64,000 bases of DNA from Clostridia bacterium (GTDB taxonomy: Bacteria; Bacillota; Clostridia; Saccharofermentanales; DTU023). The stretch is taken from the NCBI GenBank assembly GCA_040766025.1, contig JAXGRH010000001.1:195356-259355 (forward strand), read 5' to 3'. Shown one piece after another: positions 10,147 to 20,198 of this stretch (position 1 is the first letter of the stretch; each line of letters begins with the position of its first letter). The position numbers were made by a program, and so were the translations under genes. Under the pieces are notes generated by a model, which saw nothing but the letters and a program-made list of their open reading frames with translations, searched no databases and was not told the DNA's origin.

Positions 10147-10485
10147 CTGAGTCAGCCGGATGGTCGCGGTGCCATTTCGAAAGAAAGGCGCTGAGGAAAG
10201 TCCGGGCTCCCAGGGCAGGATGCCGGTTAACGGCCGGTGAAGGCGACTTCAAGGACAGTGCAACAGAAAGAGACAACCGGATTTATCCGGTTCAGGTGGA
10301 AAGGTGAGGTAAAAGCTCACCGGTGTCACGGCAACGTGGCAGCCATGCAAACCCCATCCGGAGCAACGCCGTGGAGGAACAACTGTCGCCCGCAGGTTCC
10401 ACGGAGGCGGCTAGAGCCTTTCGGCAACGAGAGGTCGAGATAAATGACCGTTCAAGACAGAACCCGGCTTACAGGCTGACTCAGA
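10147..10485 (+). ncRNA. rnpB: RNase P RNA, bacterial type A
   Basis: P1 pairing TGAGTCAGCC (10148-10157) with GGCTGACTCA (10474-10483). P4 strands GAGGAAAGTCCGGGCTCC and ACAGAACCCGGCTTA. Type-A blocks GGGCAGGATGCCGGTTAACGGCCGG, AGTGCAACAGAAAG, GGTAAAAGCTCACC, CCATCCGGAGCAA, GAGATAAATGACCG. Confidence 0.93.
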
Positions 10486-10513
10486 TGATCAATGACGTTT
10501 TGAGACGGGAGAG

Positions 10514-13270
10514 ATGATGAAGGCATTGCCGCACGGCAGATTCACCCTTCGGCGTGAACAAAAGCTATTTTGGAGTGACCGATGGTTGCCCTTTATGGCG
10601 TTTATCGTGCCGTTTGTCATCTTAGCCGCGGCGTACGCCGCCCTCCAGGTGTTTCCCTTCGGCAACCGCCATATGCTGACAGTGGATCTGTTTCACCAGT
10701 ACGCGCCTTTCTTTTCGCTGTTTCGAGATAAATTACTACAAGGAGGTTCCCTTTTCTTCGCCCCGACCATCGGGCTTGGCACAAATTTTTACGCGCTTTT
10801 TGCCTACTACTTAGCAAGTCCCATTAACTTGCTCCTTCTGGTATTCCCAGCAAACTGCTTAACCGAGGCCATATTCTCGATCACACTCATTAAAATCGGG
10901 CTTTCGGGCCTTAGTTTTTATCTTTACCTGCGGACGAGCTTTCGAAGAAAGGGCGCGCTCGCGGTAGCCTTTTCCACCTTTTACGCGCTCTCAGGCTTTG
11001 TCATTGCCTATTCTTGGAACATTATGTGGCTCGATGCCCTGATCTTGCTACCCGTGGTCCTCTTGGCGATTGTCCGGCATGTCCGCGACGGCAAATGGAT
11101 CTTATACCCCGTGTCCGTGGCGCTCCTTTTAATCACAAACTATTATGTCGCGTTTTTCGCCGCGATCTTTACAGCGCTTTACTACCCGATTTTGTTACTG
11201 CGCTACACGAGCGACCGCCAGCATAAAAAGCGGCTGGTGAAACTCCTAGAGACCCTAGGGCTTACCCTGATCGGTGTAGGCCTTTCGGCCGTGGTACTTT
11301 ATCCAACCTGGAAGTCGCTTATGATCACTTCGGCGGCAGGCGACGCGTTCCCCAAATCAGTGGAACTGTTAGGGCGTCCGTTGGCGTACCTGGGGCAGTT
11401 GTTTCCTTTCTTGCAACCGACCGTCCGCTCGGGTTCACCCAACCTTTATTCGGGGCTTTTTATCCTGATCCTGTTGCCGATCTATTTTCTGTCCCATCGC
11501 ATACGCTTGCGTGACAAGCTTTTGAACGGCCTGCTTTTACTTTTCTTATTCTTATCCTTTGACACCAATGTCATAAACTTCATATGGCACGGCATGCATT
11601 ATCCGAACCAGCTACCTTTTCGCTATTCATTTGTCGTCATCTTGCTCCTGTTAACGCTTGCCTATGACGGGCTGCGCTCCACCCGAGAATTCCGACCGAC
11701 TGAAATCGGCCTTTTGGGGATCTCGCTTGCCATCATCATCCCTGTCGTGATGACCGTTGAACCCGATATCAAGCTCTCCCCCTGGTCCCAGTGGGGCGCC
11801 ATTGTCCTGATGCTGCTTTACGCCATCTTGTTTTCGTCTTTTAAATCGAGCCGTTTCCGCCGCCGCTTCCATGTGAACCTGCTGTTGGCGGTCATGCTCT
11901 TTGAAGTCACTTTATCCACCTTTTCAGGGCTCTACCATATGGATAAAAATGAGTATTACGGCAGCCGCGACGGCTATTCGGCCGGCATCACAGTGCAGTC
12001 GATCCGCGAAGCTGTCCGCCAGGTGGAAAAACTTGACGCGACAACCGTCAGCCATCGCGTTGAGACAAGGCCCCACAAGACGTCGAACGATCCCGCGCTT
12101 TACGGCTACAAGGGTTTATCGTTGTTTTCGTCCAGCTCGCCGAAGGCGCCGGTGAAGTTCTTCAAAAACCTGGGACATGTCCATAACGGCATTAACAGTT
12201 ACCAATACCGCGGTGCCACCCTGTTCACTGAGGCGCTCTTTGACATCCGCTATGTGATCGCGCGCGAGAAGCCCGACTTCTTGGAGACAGAAAGAATCAT
12301 TGTGTTGGGTAATGAGGAGATTACGGTCTATGAGAACCCTTATGCCTTCCCGCAGGCCTTCCTGACCGATCCTTCCGTTTTAGCTTACGAGAGTACGGCG
12401 GGGAATCCATTTCGTGTCCAAAACGATTTAGTCAAGGCGCTTTCAAGTGACGCGGGGACGCTTTTTCACGAAATTGCCCACGATGAAGTACAAGGGCCGT
12501 CCTTTTCAGGGCCGGGATCAGGGGGCGTGTCCTTTTCCTTTACTGAGTCAAAAGAGAAAACACTTCGCACATATACGATCACATGGGTGGCAAAACGCAC
12601 TGAGCCGCATTACCTAAACCTTGATCTGCGCGGGCACGATACGGAAACTGTCGAAGTCGATTATGGGACGACGCATATCAAGATAAAATCACATAAGCGG
12701 GGCATTGTGGAACTTGGTACGATCCAAGAAGGCCAAGCCTTCCAGTTGACGGTGACGCTTTCTGAAAAGGCGCCCGCCACGGGCAACTTTGAAGCCCGCG
12801 TGGCTTCCCTGGATCCTGAAGTCTTAGAAAATGTCTCAAAAGAGGCAAGGCAGGCTGCCATGCTTTATCGGACGGAGCATGATGATTGGTTTGAAGGCAA
12901 CATCAACGCTGAAAAGGAAAGTGTTCTCCTTTTGACCATGCCCTACGATCCGGGTTGGACGGCCTACCTGGACGAGGAACCCGTCGACATCGAACAGGTC
13001 GATGAGGCGCTCATGGCCATCCGCGTCCCGAAAGGAGATCACCGAATCTTCTTTGCCTTCTTACCTGTGGGTTTTAACGAAGGCTTGATCGTGACCTTGG
13101 GCGCCCTTTTACTGTTTGTGATCCTGATGACGATCCAACTGGCGCTTCTGGTGTACAAAAAAGAGTGGAGTCTTCCCATTATGGGAAGATTTAGAAGAAA
13201 CAATGAGGATGTATCTTTAACAGATGAGGAAAACGATGAAAATCGAATCGATGAAGGAGAAAGTGAATGA
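10514..13270 (+). CDS. YfhO-family polytopic membrane protein (putative cell-envelope glycosyltransferase)
   Basis: 918 aa with more than 12 predicted TM segments. YfhO-like N-terminus: MLTVDLFHQYAPFFSLFRDKLLQGGSLFF, GLGTNFYALFAYYLASPINLL. Large extracytoplasmic C-terminal domain and a final TM segment. Confidence 0.7.
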   Translation: MMKALPHGRFTLRREQKLFWSDRWLPFMAFIVPFVILAAAYAALQVFPFGNRHMLTVDLFHQYAPFFSLFRDKLLQGGSLFFAPTIGLGTNFYALFAYYLASPINLLLLVFPANCLTEAIFSITLIKIGLSGLSFYLYLRTSFRRKGALAVAFSTFYALSGFVIAYSWNIMWLDALILLPVVLLAIVRHVRDGKWILYPVSVALLLITNYYVAFFAAIFTALYYPILLLRYTSDRQHKKRLVKLLETLGLTLIGVGLSAVVLYPTWKSLMITSAAGDAFPKSVELLGRPLAYLGQLFPFLQPTVRSGSPNLYSGLFILILLPIYFLSHRIRLRDKLLNGLLLLFLFLSFDTNVINFIWHGMHYPNQLPFRYSFVVILLLLTLAYDGLRSTREFRPTEIGLLGISLAIIIPVVMTVEPDIKLSPWSQWGAIVLMLLYAILFSSFKSSRFRRRFHVNLLLAVMLFEVTLSTFSGLYHMDKNEYYGSRDGYSAGITVQSIREAVRQVEKLDATTVSHRVETRPHKTSNDPALYGYKGLSLFSSSSPKAPVKFFKNLGHVHNGINSYQYRGATLFTEALFDIRYVIAREKPDFLETERIIVLGNEEITVYENPYAFPQAFLTDPSVLAYESTAGNPFRVQNDLVKALSSDAGTLFHEIAHDEVQGPSFSGPGSGGVSFSFTESKEKTLRTYTITWVAKRTEPHYLNLDLRGHDTETVEVDYGTTHIKIKSHKRGIVELGTIQEGQAFQLTVTLSEKAPATGNFEARVASLDPEVLENVSKEARQAAMLYRTEHDDWFEGNINAEKESVLLLTMPYDPGWTAYLDEEPVDIEQVDEALMAIRVPKGDHRIFFAFLPVGFNEGLIVTLGALLLFVILMTIQLALLVYKKEWSLPIMGRFRRNNEDVSLTDEENDENRIDEGESE

Positions 13271-13644
13271 AAGAAGTGAAATTTTTCTATTGTGAAGTAT
13301 GCGGGAACCTGACCTATCTATTGAATGAAGGTCCGGGCGAGATGGTCTGCTGCAATCAGCCGATGACGCTCCTTGTGGCCGGTGTCACGGACGCTGCGAC
13401 CGAAAAGCATGTCCCCTTTGTAACGCGCGAAGCAGGCAAGATCGACGTGGTGGTAGGGGAGGTCGAACATCCGATGATCCCTCAGCACTACATCACCTGG
13501 ATTGCCGCCGTGCAAGGCGACAGCGTGAAGTTTGTCCACCTGCATCCGGGAGAGCCGCCTAAGGCGTCCTTCTGCGTGGAAGAAGGCCCTGTGAGGGTCT
13601 ATGAGTACTGCAATCTGCACGGGCTTTGGATGGCGGAAGCGTAA
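13267..13644 (+). CDS. dfx: desulfoferrodoxin (2Fe superoxide reductase)
   Basis: N-terminal desulforedoxin-type CEVCGN...CCNQPM. SOR centre-II ligand pattern EKHVP...VEHPM...HYITW...CNLHGLW. ATGA overlap with the yfhO stop. Confidence 0.85.
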   Translation: MKEVKFFYCEVCGNLTYLLNEGPGEMVCCNQPMTLLVAGVTDAATEKHVPFVTREAGKIDVVVGEVEHPMIPQHYITWIAAVQGDSVKFVHLHPGEPPKASFCVEEGPVRVYEYCNLHGLWMAEA

Positions 13645-13680
13645 CTAAAAAATACGCTGATTGAAGTTTAAAAGGCGCAT

Positions 13681-13710
13681 GGAAACGGGCGCTATGGGCG
13701 CCCGTCTTCC
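13681..13710. terminator. hairpin between convergent dfx and the pseudouridine synthase gene
   Basis: ACGGGCGC (13685-13692) pairs with GCGCCCGT (13698-13705) and extends with a bulge to GGAA/TTCC. No clear U-tract. Overlaps the stop of the minus-strand gene. Confidence 0.35.
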
Positions 13711-14405
13711 ATACCCAAACGCTTAAATAATTCTTGTTTTTCTTTCGGTGAGAGTTCTCTAAGTTCACCTTCTTTTTGTGAACCCAAAGTAATGTGCATC
13801 ACTCGCACGCGCAAAAGATCGACAACTTCATAGCCCAAGGCTTCGCACATCCGCCTGATTTGTCGGTTGAGCCCCTGGGAGATCACGAGGTGAAATGTTC
13901 GCTCGGCTGTTTGCCAGGCGCGGGCGGGGAGGGTCATTTGATCCTCGAGCATGACGCCTTCGCGCATGTTATTCAAAAAAGATTCATCGATCGGGCGGTC
14001 GACTGTCACACGGTATTCTTTTTCATGGCCGAAGGAGCTGTGCATGATGCGGTGCGCAAGGATTCCGTCGTCGGTTAATAGGATGAGGCCGCGCGAGTCG
14101 CGGTCCAGCCGCCCGACGGTGAAGATTCTTTTATGATAGTCAATGTAATCGATGATGTTGTCGCGCCTTTTAGGGTCGCTGGTGCAGGTGATGCCTGCCG
14201 GTTTATGGAAGACTAGGACGACCCGTTCATCGTCCGGGATAGCGACGATGTCCTTGCCGTCGACCGTGACCCGATCGCCTTTTTTAATCGTCATCCCCAT
14301 CAGAGCTTTTTCACCGTTCACCATGACGCGGCCTTCTTCGATCAGCTGATCCGCACGCCGGCGACTGCAGTGACCGGAGGAGGCGATAAAACGATTAATT
14401 CTCAT
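13692..14405 (-). CDS. rRNA pseudouridine synthase, RsuA/RluB/RluF family (S4 domain + catalytic domain)
   Basis: S4 domain MRINRFIASSGHCSRRRADQLIEEGRVMVNG. Catalytic GRLDRDSRGLILLTDDG. GLNRQIRRM. Start taken at the ATG 14405 (MRINRF), not the longer ORF. Confidence 0.8.
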   Translation of the reverse strand: MRINRFIASSGHCSRRRADQLIEEGRVMVNGEKALMGMTIKKGDRVTVDGKDIVAIPDDERVVLVFHKPAGITCTSDPKRRDNIIDYIDYHKRIFTVGRLDRDSRGLILLTDDGILAHRIMHSSFGHEKEYRVTVDRPIDESFLNNMREGVMLEDQMTLPARAWQTAERTFHLVISQGLNRQIRRMCEALGYEVVDLLRVRVMHITLGSQKEGELRELSPKEKQELFKRLGMEDGRP

Positions 14406-16233
14406 CGGCCGTCTCACTGTCGTAGACATCCTTCATGAAGGGGCGCGTCTTCGTGATATCAGAGGCGTAGGGGATGAGGAGTTTGAAGGACGAACCCTCA
14501 TCTCGGATACTTTGGGCCGAAAGCTCATAGCCGAGCTGTTTTGAAATTTCACGCGCGATGGACAGGCCGAGCCCTGTTCCCGGTTCTTGGTGGGCCTTGT
14601 CTTCCTTGTAGAAGCGGTCAAACACGTGGTCAAGATCCTCCGGCTCGATGCCGGAGCCCGTATCCTCCACGATGATGGCGGCGCCGTTGTACTGGGCATG
14701 GGTCCGAATGGTGATGCGGCCGCCTTCAGGGGTGAATTTCATGGCGTTATCGAGCAAGATCACAAGAATCTGTTCGATGCGATCGCCATTTCCCCATACG
14801 AGCGGCAAAGCGGCTTCAGTTCCCTCAATATTGAATTCAAGTCCGTGATCCATGACGATGCCTGAGAAATTGTTGGCCACTTCACGGACAACGTCGTTTA
14901 AGTCAATGGCCATCTGGATGACGGGGGTGGAATCGGCTTGGATCCTTGACAGCTCGAGCATGTCATTGATGAGTCTTGATAGGCGCATGGTTTCGCGAAG
15001 CAGGATTTCATGGTAACGTTTCTGGTCTTTTAAAGAAGGTACCATTCCCTCCACAAGAGGCTCCAGTAGGCCTCGCATGGCTGTCAAAGGAGTTCGCAGT
15101 TCATGGGAGACGTTCGCGACGTAGTCGCGCCTTGTCTGCTCGAGGCGCTCCGCCTGCGTGATGTCACGGAATAACCCCACGGCGCCGTCAATGGTCTGCT
15201 GTTCGCCGATCAGGGGCGTGATGACGACCTCAATCTGGCGATGGTCTTTGGCGATGACGCAGGTGACTGATTTTTTCTCGTGGATAGCCTCGGTGAAGAA
15301 ATGATCGATACGGGCTTCCTGTAGGAAGTTGCGCGGTTTCGTGTGGACCTGATAGTCGCGATCGAGACCGAAGACCGTGTAGATGCGGTCGTTGTACTGC
15401 GTGATCTCACCGTGCCGGTCCACAGCCACGATGCCCTCACCGAGGCTTGTGAAGATCTGCTCTAAATGGTTCGTCTGGTCGCGCAGTTGCTGGAAGGACT
15501 CTGACAAGTCTTCGGCCATCTTGTTGATGGTGCGGGCCAAATCGCCCATTTCACCTTCTTGCGTTTCATCCGCCCTCCTTGAAAAGTCCCCCTGGCTCAA
15601 AGCCTGTGTGACATTTCGTATGGATTCGATGGGGCGGACGATGTGGAAGGCCGCGATGATGACCGGGATGACCATGATGACCAGCACAATGAGTGAAGCG
15701 CTCAAAAGCGCAAAGTTGAGACTTTGGATGCCAGCCGTGATTTCCTTCATGGGTTGGACAAACACGGTGGAGCCGATATAGCCCTCGCTTTGTGAGCCGA
15801 TGGGCACGGTCAAAAGAAGGAAGCGGTCGCCTGCCACGGGCAGGTTGATGTGGTTGATCATGTAAGGATCGCCCGTTTCAAAGAGCTTTTCGTGTTCTCT
15901 CATCACGATGGCGTCCAGGTCGTTCGCAAGGCCATCTAATGGTTCGGGGAGCGGCGTATGGTAGTCAATGCCCTTATCTTGGTCGACAATGTACACCCAG
16001 TTGCCGAATAATTCGTAGGCGTTTTCAATCAGGTCGACGCAAAAGGACATGCCCTCACCGTTAAAGGCGTTTTCCGCGATGATGTGCGCGCGGGGCAGGA
16101 GCTCTCTCGCCTTGATGCGGTTAAAGACGGGATTGGCGACAAAACTATAAAAAATAGCCGTCAAAACGGTCCACAGCATGATCGCCGCGATGAGGAGCAG
16201 GAAAATTCGACGGACAAAGAAACGATTTTTCAT
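14395..16233 (-). CDS. sensor histidine kinase (TM-HAMP-PAS-HisKA-HATPase; WalK/PhoR-like)
   Basis: Two TM segments. H-box ANVSHELRTPLTAM, N-box LLDNAMKFTPEGG, G-boxes VEDTGSGI and GTGLGLSIA. Confidence 0.85.
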   Translation of the reverse strand: MKNRFFVRRIFLLLIAAIMLWTVLTAIFYSFVANPVFNRIKARELLPRAHIIAENAFNGEGMSFCVDLIENAYELFGNWVYIVDQDKGIDYHTPLPEPLDGLANDLDAIVMREHEKLFETGDPYMINHINLPVAGDRFLLLTVPIGSQSEGYIGSTVFVQPMKEITAGIQSLNFALLSASLIVLVIMVIPVIIAAFHIVRPIESIRNVTQALSQGDFSRRADETQEGEMGDLARTINKMAEDLSESFQQLRDQTNHLEQIFTSLGEGIVAVDRHGEITQYNDRIYTVFGLDRDYQVHTKPRNFLQEARIDHFFTEAIHEKKSVTCVIAKDHRQIEVVITPLIGEQQTIDGAVGLFRDITQAERLEQTRRDYVANVSHELRTPLTAMRGLLEPLVEGMVPSLKDQKRYHEILLRETMRLSRLINDMLELSRIQADSTPVIQMAIDLNDVVREVANNFSGIVMDHGLEFNIEGTEAALPLVWGNGDRIEQILVILLDNAMKFTPEGGRITIRTHAQYNGAAIIVEDTGSGIEPEDLDHVFDRFYKEDKAHQEPGTGLGLSIAREISKQLGYELSAQSIRDEGSSFKLLIPYASDITKTRPFMKDVYDSETADEN

Positions 16234-16242
16234 CGGACTAAA

Positions 16243-16938
16243 TTAGCTGAGCGTCTCGAATTTATAACCGACGCCGTAGACCGTGATGAGACCGTATTTC
16301 GGATGGTCGCTGTCAATTTTCTGGCGGATGCGCTTGATATGCGTATCCACCGTGCGCGTGTCACCGAAGTAGTCATAACCCCAGACCTTTGAGAGGATCT
16401 GTTCGCGGTCCATGACCTGGCCGGCGTGCGAGGCGAGAAGATACAAGATCTCGACTTCTTTAGGCGTGAAGGCGACGATCTTGTTGTCCACCTTGACCTG
16501 GTAGTTGTCAAGGTTAATTTCCAAACCGTCAAAGCGGAGGATCGAAGGTTTTTGTCCCGATTCGCTGTCTTGTATCCGGCGGAACAAGGCCTTGATCCTG
16601 GCGATCACTTCGCGTGGGCTAAAGGGCTTCACGATATAGTCGTCGGCGCCCAGTTCGAGACCTAAGACGCGGTCGATTTCCTCGCCCTTGGCCGTCAGCA
16701 TGATGATCGGAACGTTGCTCGTCTTTCGGATCTCGCGGCAGACCTCGGTGCCGGACATCTTCGGCATCATGAGGTCGAGGATAATGAGGTCGGGTTTTTC
16801 CTGTAAGGCTTTTTCCAACGCTTCTTCGCCGTCGTAGGCGGAAGCATGGGGAAAATGCTCAGCGTCAAGGTACAGCCCGAGCGATTCATGTACGACCGGA
16901 TCGTCGTCGCAGATCAGGATATGAGGCGTCGTCGACAT
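16243..16938 (-). CDS. OmpR/PhoB-family response regulator
   Basis: Receiver: ILICDDDP, DLIILDLMMPKMSG, MLTAKG. Winged-helix output: LTPKEVEILYLLASH..., RTVDTHIKRIRQKI, VYGVGYKF. Confidence 0.9.
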   Translation of the reverse strand: MSTTPHILICDDDPVVHESLGLYLDAEHFPHASAYDGEEALEKALQEKPDLIILDLMMPKMSGTEVCREIRKTSNVPIIMLTAKGEEIDRVLGLELGADDYIVKPFSPREVIARIKALFRRIQDSESGQKPSILRFDGLEINLDNYQVKVDNKIVAFTPKEVEILYLLASHAGQVMDREQILSKVWGYDYFGDTRTVDTHIKRIRQKIDSDHPKYGLITVYGVGYKFETLS

Positions 16939-17032
16939 GGGAACCTCCTGTAATTATCAAGGGTCATTTCTATAAACTGCCCATATTATATAACATGGCA
17001 CGCGATATGCTAATGCGTGCTATTCTACACAT

Positions 17033-17761
17033 ATGTCGATTCTTGAAACACCTGATATTCTTTTTGAAGACAACCACCTCCTGGTGGCCGTGAAGCCCCC
17101 GGGTGTTATGTCGCAGGCGGGGCGTTCAGCGGCACCGGATATGCTGACGCTTTTAAAGCGCCATATCAAGCTAAGAGACCATAAACCGGGGGAGGTGTTT
17201 TTGGGGCTGGTGCATCGCCTCGATCAGCCGACCAGCGGACTCATGGTGTTCGCGAAGACCTCAAAAGCCGCCCGTAGGCTTTCGGAAAGCTTTCGGGGGA
17301 GAGATGTCGAAAAGCTTTATCTGGCGGTGGTACGGGGGATTCCCGAAAGACTTGAAGGCTCTTTTATGGATTATTTGTCCAAAAAGGTTGTGAACGGCCG
17401 CGTCATCCGCGATGATCAAGGTGATGAGGCGATTTTACAATATCAATGCCTGATGCAGGATAAGGCTAAAAATGAATCGCTTTTACTGATTAACCTGGTC
17501 ACAGGTCGCCGCCACCAGATTCGCGCTCAGTTATCACTTCGGGGCATGCCTGTTTTGGGCGACAGGCGCTACGGCAAGATGGATTCACGCGACCGGGAAG
17601 TCCCGACTTTAGCGCTTCACGCGGCCGGCCTTTCCTTTATTCATCCTGTGAAAAAAGAAAGACTCACCTTTTGGCAAGGCCCCCAGATCAATCCTTCGTT
17701 TCCCAAAGCGTTGACCGAGCAGTTATCAGAGCCTTTATATTTTAATGATTTTTTACCCTAG
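17033..17761 (+). CDS. RluA-family pseudouridine synthase (no S4 domain)
   Basis: LVAVKPPGVMSQ, catalytic HRLDQPTSGLMVFAKT, GRRHQIRAQL. Confidence 0.8.
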   Translation: MSILETPDILFEDNHLLVAVKPPGVMSQAGRSAAPDMLTLLKRHIKLRDHKPGEVFLGLVHRLDQPTSGLMVFAKTSKAARRLSESFRGRDVEKLYLAVVRGIPERLEGSFMDYLSKKVVNGRVIRDDQGDEAILQYQCLMQDKAKNESLLLINLVTGRRHQIRAQLSLRGMPVLGDRRYGKMDSRDREVPTLALHAAGLSFIHPVKKERLTFWQGPQINPSFPKALTEQLSEPLYFNDFLP

Positions 17762-17855
17762 ACAGATAACTTGTTTTATAGGATTATAAAAAGGTCTTTT
17801 TTATTCGAATAAGACCCAATTAAATTAAATTGAAATTAGGAAAGGACATTACTTT

Positions 17856-19790
17856 ATGCGTTTCAAAAATCTTTTTTCTCCGATTAAAATCCGAGATCTG
17901 ACCTTAAAAAACCGCATCGTCATGCCCGCCATGGGAACCAAGTTTGCCAATGAGGACAGAACCGTTTCCAAGCAGCTCATCGATTACCATGTGGCCCGCG
18001 CCGAGGGTGGCTGCGCGCTCAATATTGTGGAGGTCGCAAGTGTTCACGGACCTTCCGCGCCGCGCTATTTTGTCGCTGTCTATGACGACCTGTTCATCCC
18101 GGGGCTAAAAGAACTGACCGACGCCATTCACGAAGCGGGCGGCAAGGCTTCACTCCAATTGTGGCAGGGAGGCTTGGCTGCAAGCTTTGACGAGCAATGC
18201 CAGATCTTACTCCCGTCGCCCATGCCGATTTCGGCGGAGTATACGATCCCTGCCGCGACGGTGGAACAAATTGAAGAGATCGTGGAATGCTACGGCCAGG
18301 CGACACGCCGTGCGGTGGAGGCCGGTTTTGACAGTTTAGAAGTACACGGGGCCCATAACTATATGTTCCACAGCTTCCTGTCACCGGGCTTTAATCACCG
18401 AACCGATGAGTACGGCGGCTCGGTGGAAAATCGCTATCGCTTCCCCCTGGCAGTGTTAAAGGCCGTCCGTGACAACATGCCCGAAGGGATGCCGCTTTTC
18501 ATGCGCATCGGGGCGCACGACGATTTTCTGGAGAACGGACTTAGCATCGAAGAGGTCATCGATTTTTGTAAGAGAGCTATGGATATGGGCGTGGACGTGT
18601 TGGACGTCAGCCGTGGGAATATTGTCACTGCGGCGATTCAGTTTGAGGTACCTCCGATCGATCTGCCGCGCGGTTTCAATATTGAAAATGCCGCAAGAAT
18701 CCGAAAAGAGACAGGTTGCCTGACCATGGGTGTTGGCCGTATTAACGATCCCGAATTTGCTGAGGATCTTTTGGCCAATGACAAAATTGATCTGGTCGGA
18801 ATGGGTCGCGCTCAGTTGGCCGATGCCGCTTTCTGCCTCAAAGCCGAAAGGGGAGAGGTGGATGACATCCGCCGCTGTATTGGTTGTAACCAGGGCTGTT
18901 ATGATGGTTTTGCGGACAAGTCTCGCCCGCATATCACCTGCCTGATGAATCCTGCGGTCGGCCGTGAGGCTGAGTGCATGTTGAAGGTTACGGATGCGCC
19001 TAAGACGGTGCTGATCGCGGGTGGCGGTCCGGCCGGTTTGGAAGCGGCACTCCTGTTGCACGAACGGGGCCATAAGCCGATCCTTTGCGAGATGAGCGAT
19101 CGTTTGGGCGGTCAGTTCCTTTTGGCCGGCGAGGCGCCCCGCAAGCTTGAGATGAAAGAAGCTGTTCTGGCGATGGGCGCGCAGGCGATCCGCGTGGGTG
19201 TGGACGTGCGCATGAAGACCAAGGTGACGCCGGAGCTGATCGAAAGCATTAAGCCTGACGTCGTGATCAACGCGATCGGCGCAAAGCCCATGATCCTCCC
19301 GGTTCCGGGTTCGGATCTTCCGAATGTCGCGGACAGCCATGACGTATTGGACGGACGCGTACGCCCTGAGGGCCATGTCATTGTCATCGGCGGCGGCCTT
19401 GTGGGCCTTGAGGCAGCGGAGTACCTTTGTGCCAAAGGCTGTAAGGTGACGATCGTCGAGATGCTGGATGAGATCGGAGCGGACTTGGGCGATATCCGCA
19501 AGGTGTCTGTCTTAGGGAATATCCACGGCGCCTGCATCGATGTGAAGACGAAAACAAAAGTGATCGAGATTACAGGGAACGCGGTCCGTGTTGAACACGA
19601 GGGTCAAACCGAAGACCTCGCCTGTGACTATGCGGTCATTGCGGTGGGCGCGAAACCCAGGGACGGTAAGGACCTCGAGGAAGCCTGTAAGAGGCTCGGC
19701 ATTGACTGGTATGTCATCGGGGATGCCCTGGAAGCCCGACGCGCGATAAATGCCATCTATGAGGCCAACGAGGTGGCACGAGCGATCTAA
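17856..19790 (+). CDS. NADH:flavin oxidoreductase, OYE (FMN) domain fused to an FAD/NAD(P)-binding domain (2,4-dienoyl-CoA / enoate reductase architecture)
   Basis: OYE blocks RIVMPAMGT and HGAHNYMFHSFLSPGFN.RTDEYGGS. Cys cluster CIGCNQGCYD...C. Two Rossmann motifs, GGGPAGLEAA and GGGLVGLEAAE. Confidence 0.8.
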   Translation: MRFKNLFSPIKIRDLTLKNRIVMPAMGTKFANEDRTVSKQLIDYHVARAEGGCALNIVEVASVHGPSAPRYFVAVYDDLFIPGLKELTDAIHEAGGKASLQLWQGGLAASFDEQCQILLPSPMPISAEYTIPAATVEQIEEIVECYGQATRRAVEAGFDSLEVHGAHNYMFHSFLSPGFNHRTDEYGGSVENRYRFPLAVLKAVRDNMPEGMPLFMRIGAHDDFLENGLSIEEVIDFCKRAMDMGVDVLDVSRGNIVTAAIQFEVPPIDLPRGFNIENAARIRKETGCLTMGVGRINDPEFAEDLLANDKIDLVGMGRAQLADAAFCLKAERGEVDDIRRCIGCNQGCYDGFADKSRPHITCLMNPAVGREAECMLKVTDAPKTVLIAGGGPAGLEAALLLHERGHKPILCEMSDRLGGQFLLAGEAPRKLEMKEAVLAMGAQAIRVGVDVRMKTKVTPELIESIKPDVVINAIGAKPMILPVPGSDLPNVADSHDVLDGRVRPEGHVIVIGGGLVGLEAAEYLCAKGCKVTIVEMLDEIGADLGDIRKVSVLGNIHGACIDVKTKTKVIEITGNAVRVEHEGQTEDLACDYAVIAVGAKPRDGKDLEEACKRLGIDWYVIGDALEARRAINAIYEANEVARAI

Positions 19791-19812
19791 GGCTAATATT
19801 TTCGTAAGAAAC

Positions 19813-19861
19813 AAAAAGGTCCGCAGGGGTTGAACTATTGCGGACCTTTTATTCTTTTTTT
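19813..19861 (+). terminator. rho-independent terminator after the oxidoreductase gene
   Basis: GGTCCGCA (19818-19825) / TGCGGACC (19839-19846) followed by TTTTATTCTTTTTTT. Confidence 0.75.
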
Positions 19862-20062
19862 GATACGTTTTTTTACACGCTCGAATATTTCCTCCTGGGA
19901 ATAGCGCTCAGTTGTTTGTTCAGCCTTAAGATCTGCTTCATCCAGCATCGATTCAATCGTATCTTGACACATTATGATCACCTCTGGTGGGTGTTATTCT
20001 AGCGCAGTTGTACGACCAAAAACAAAAAACGCAGACAAGGTTATTGCCCTTGCTGCGTTTTT

Positions 20063-20149
20063 TGGTGCCGGTGGCCGGACTCGAACCGGCACGGAGTTGC
20101 CTCCATCGCATTTTGAGTGCGACACGTCTGCCTATTCCATCACACCGGC
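20063..20149 (-). tRNA. tRNA-Leu (anticodon CAA), CCA encoded
   Basis: Reverse complement GCCGGTG...TCGCA-CTCAAAA-TGCGA...long variable arm...GCCGGTTCGAGTCCGGC-CACCGGC-ACCA. Followed on the minus strand by a hairpin + T-run near 20028-20056. Confidence 0.9.
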
Positions 20150-20198
20150 AAATTCTTTTTGAGAAAACGGATCGCCCTTTCGGACGATCCGTTGACAG

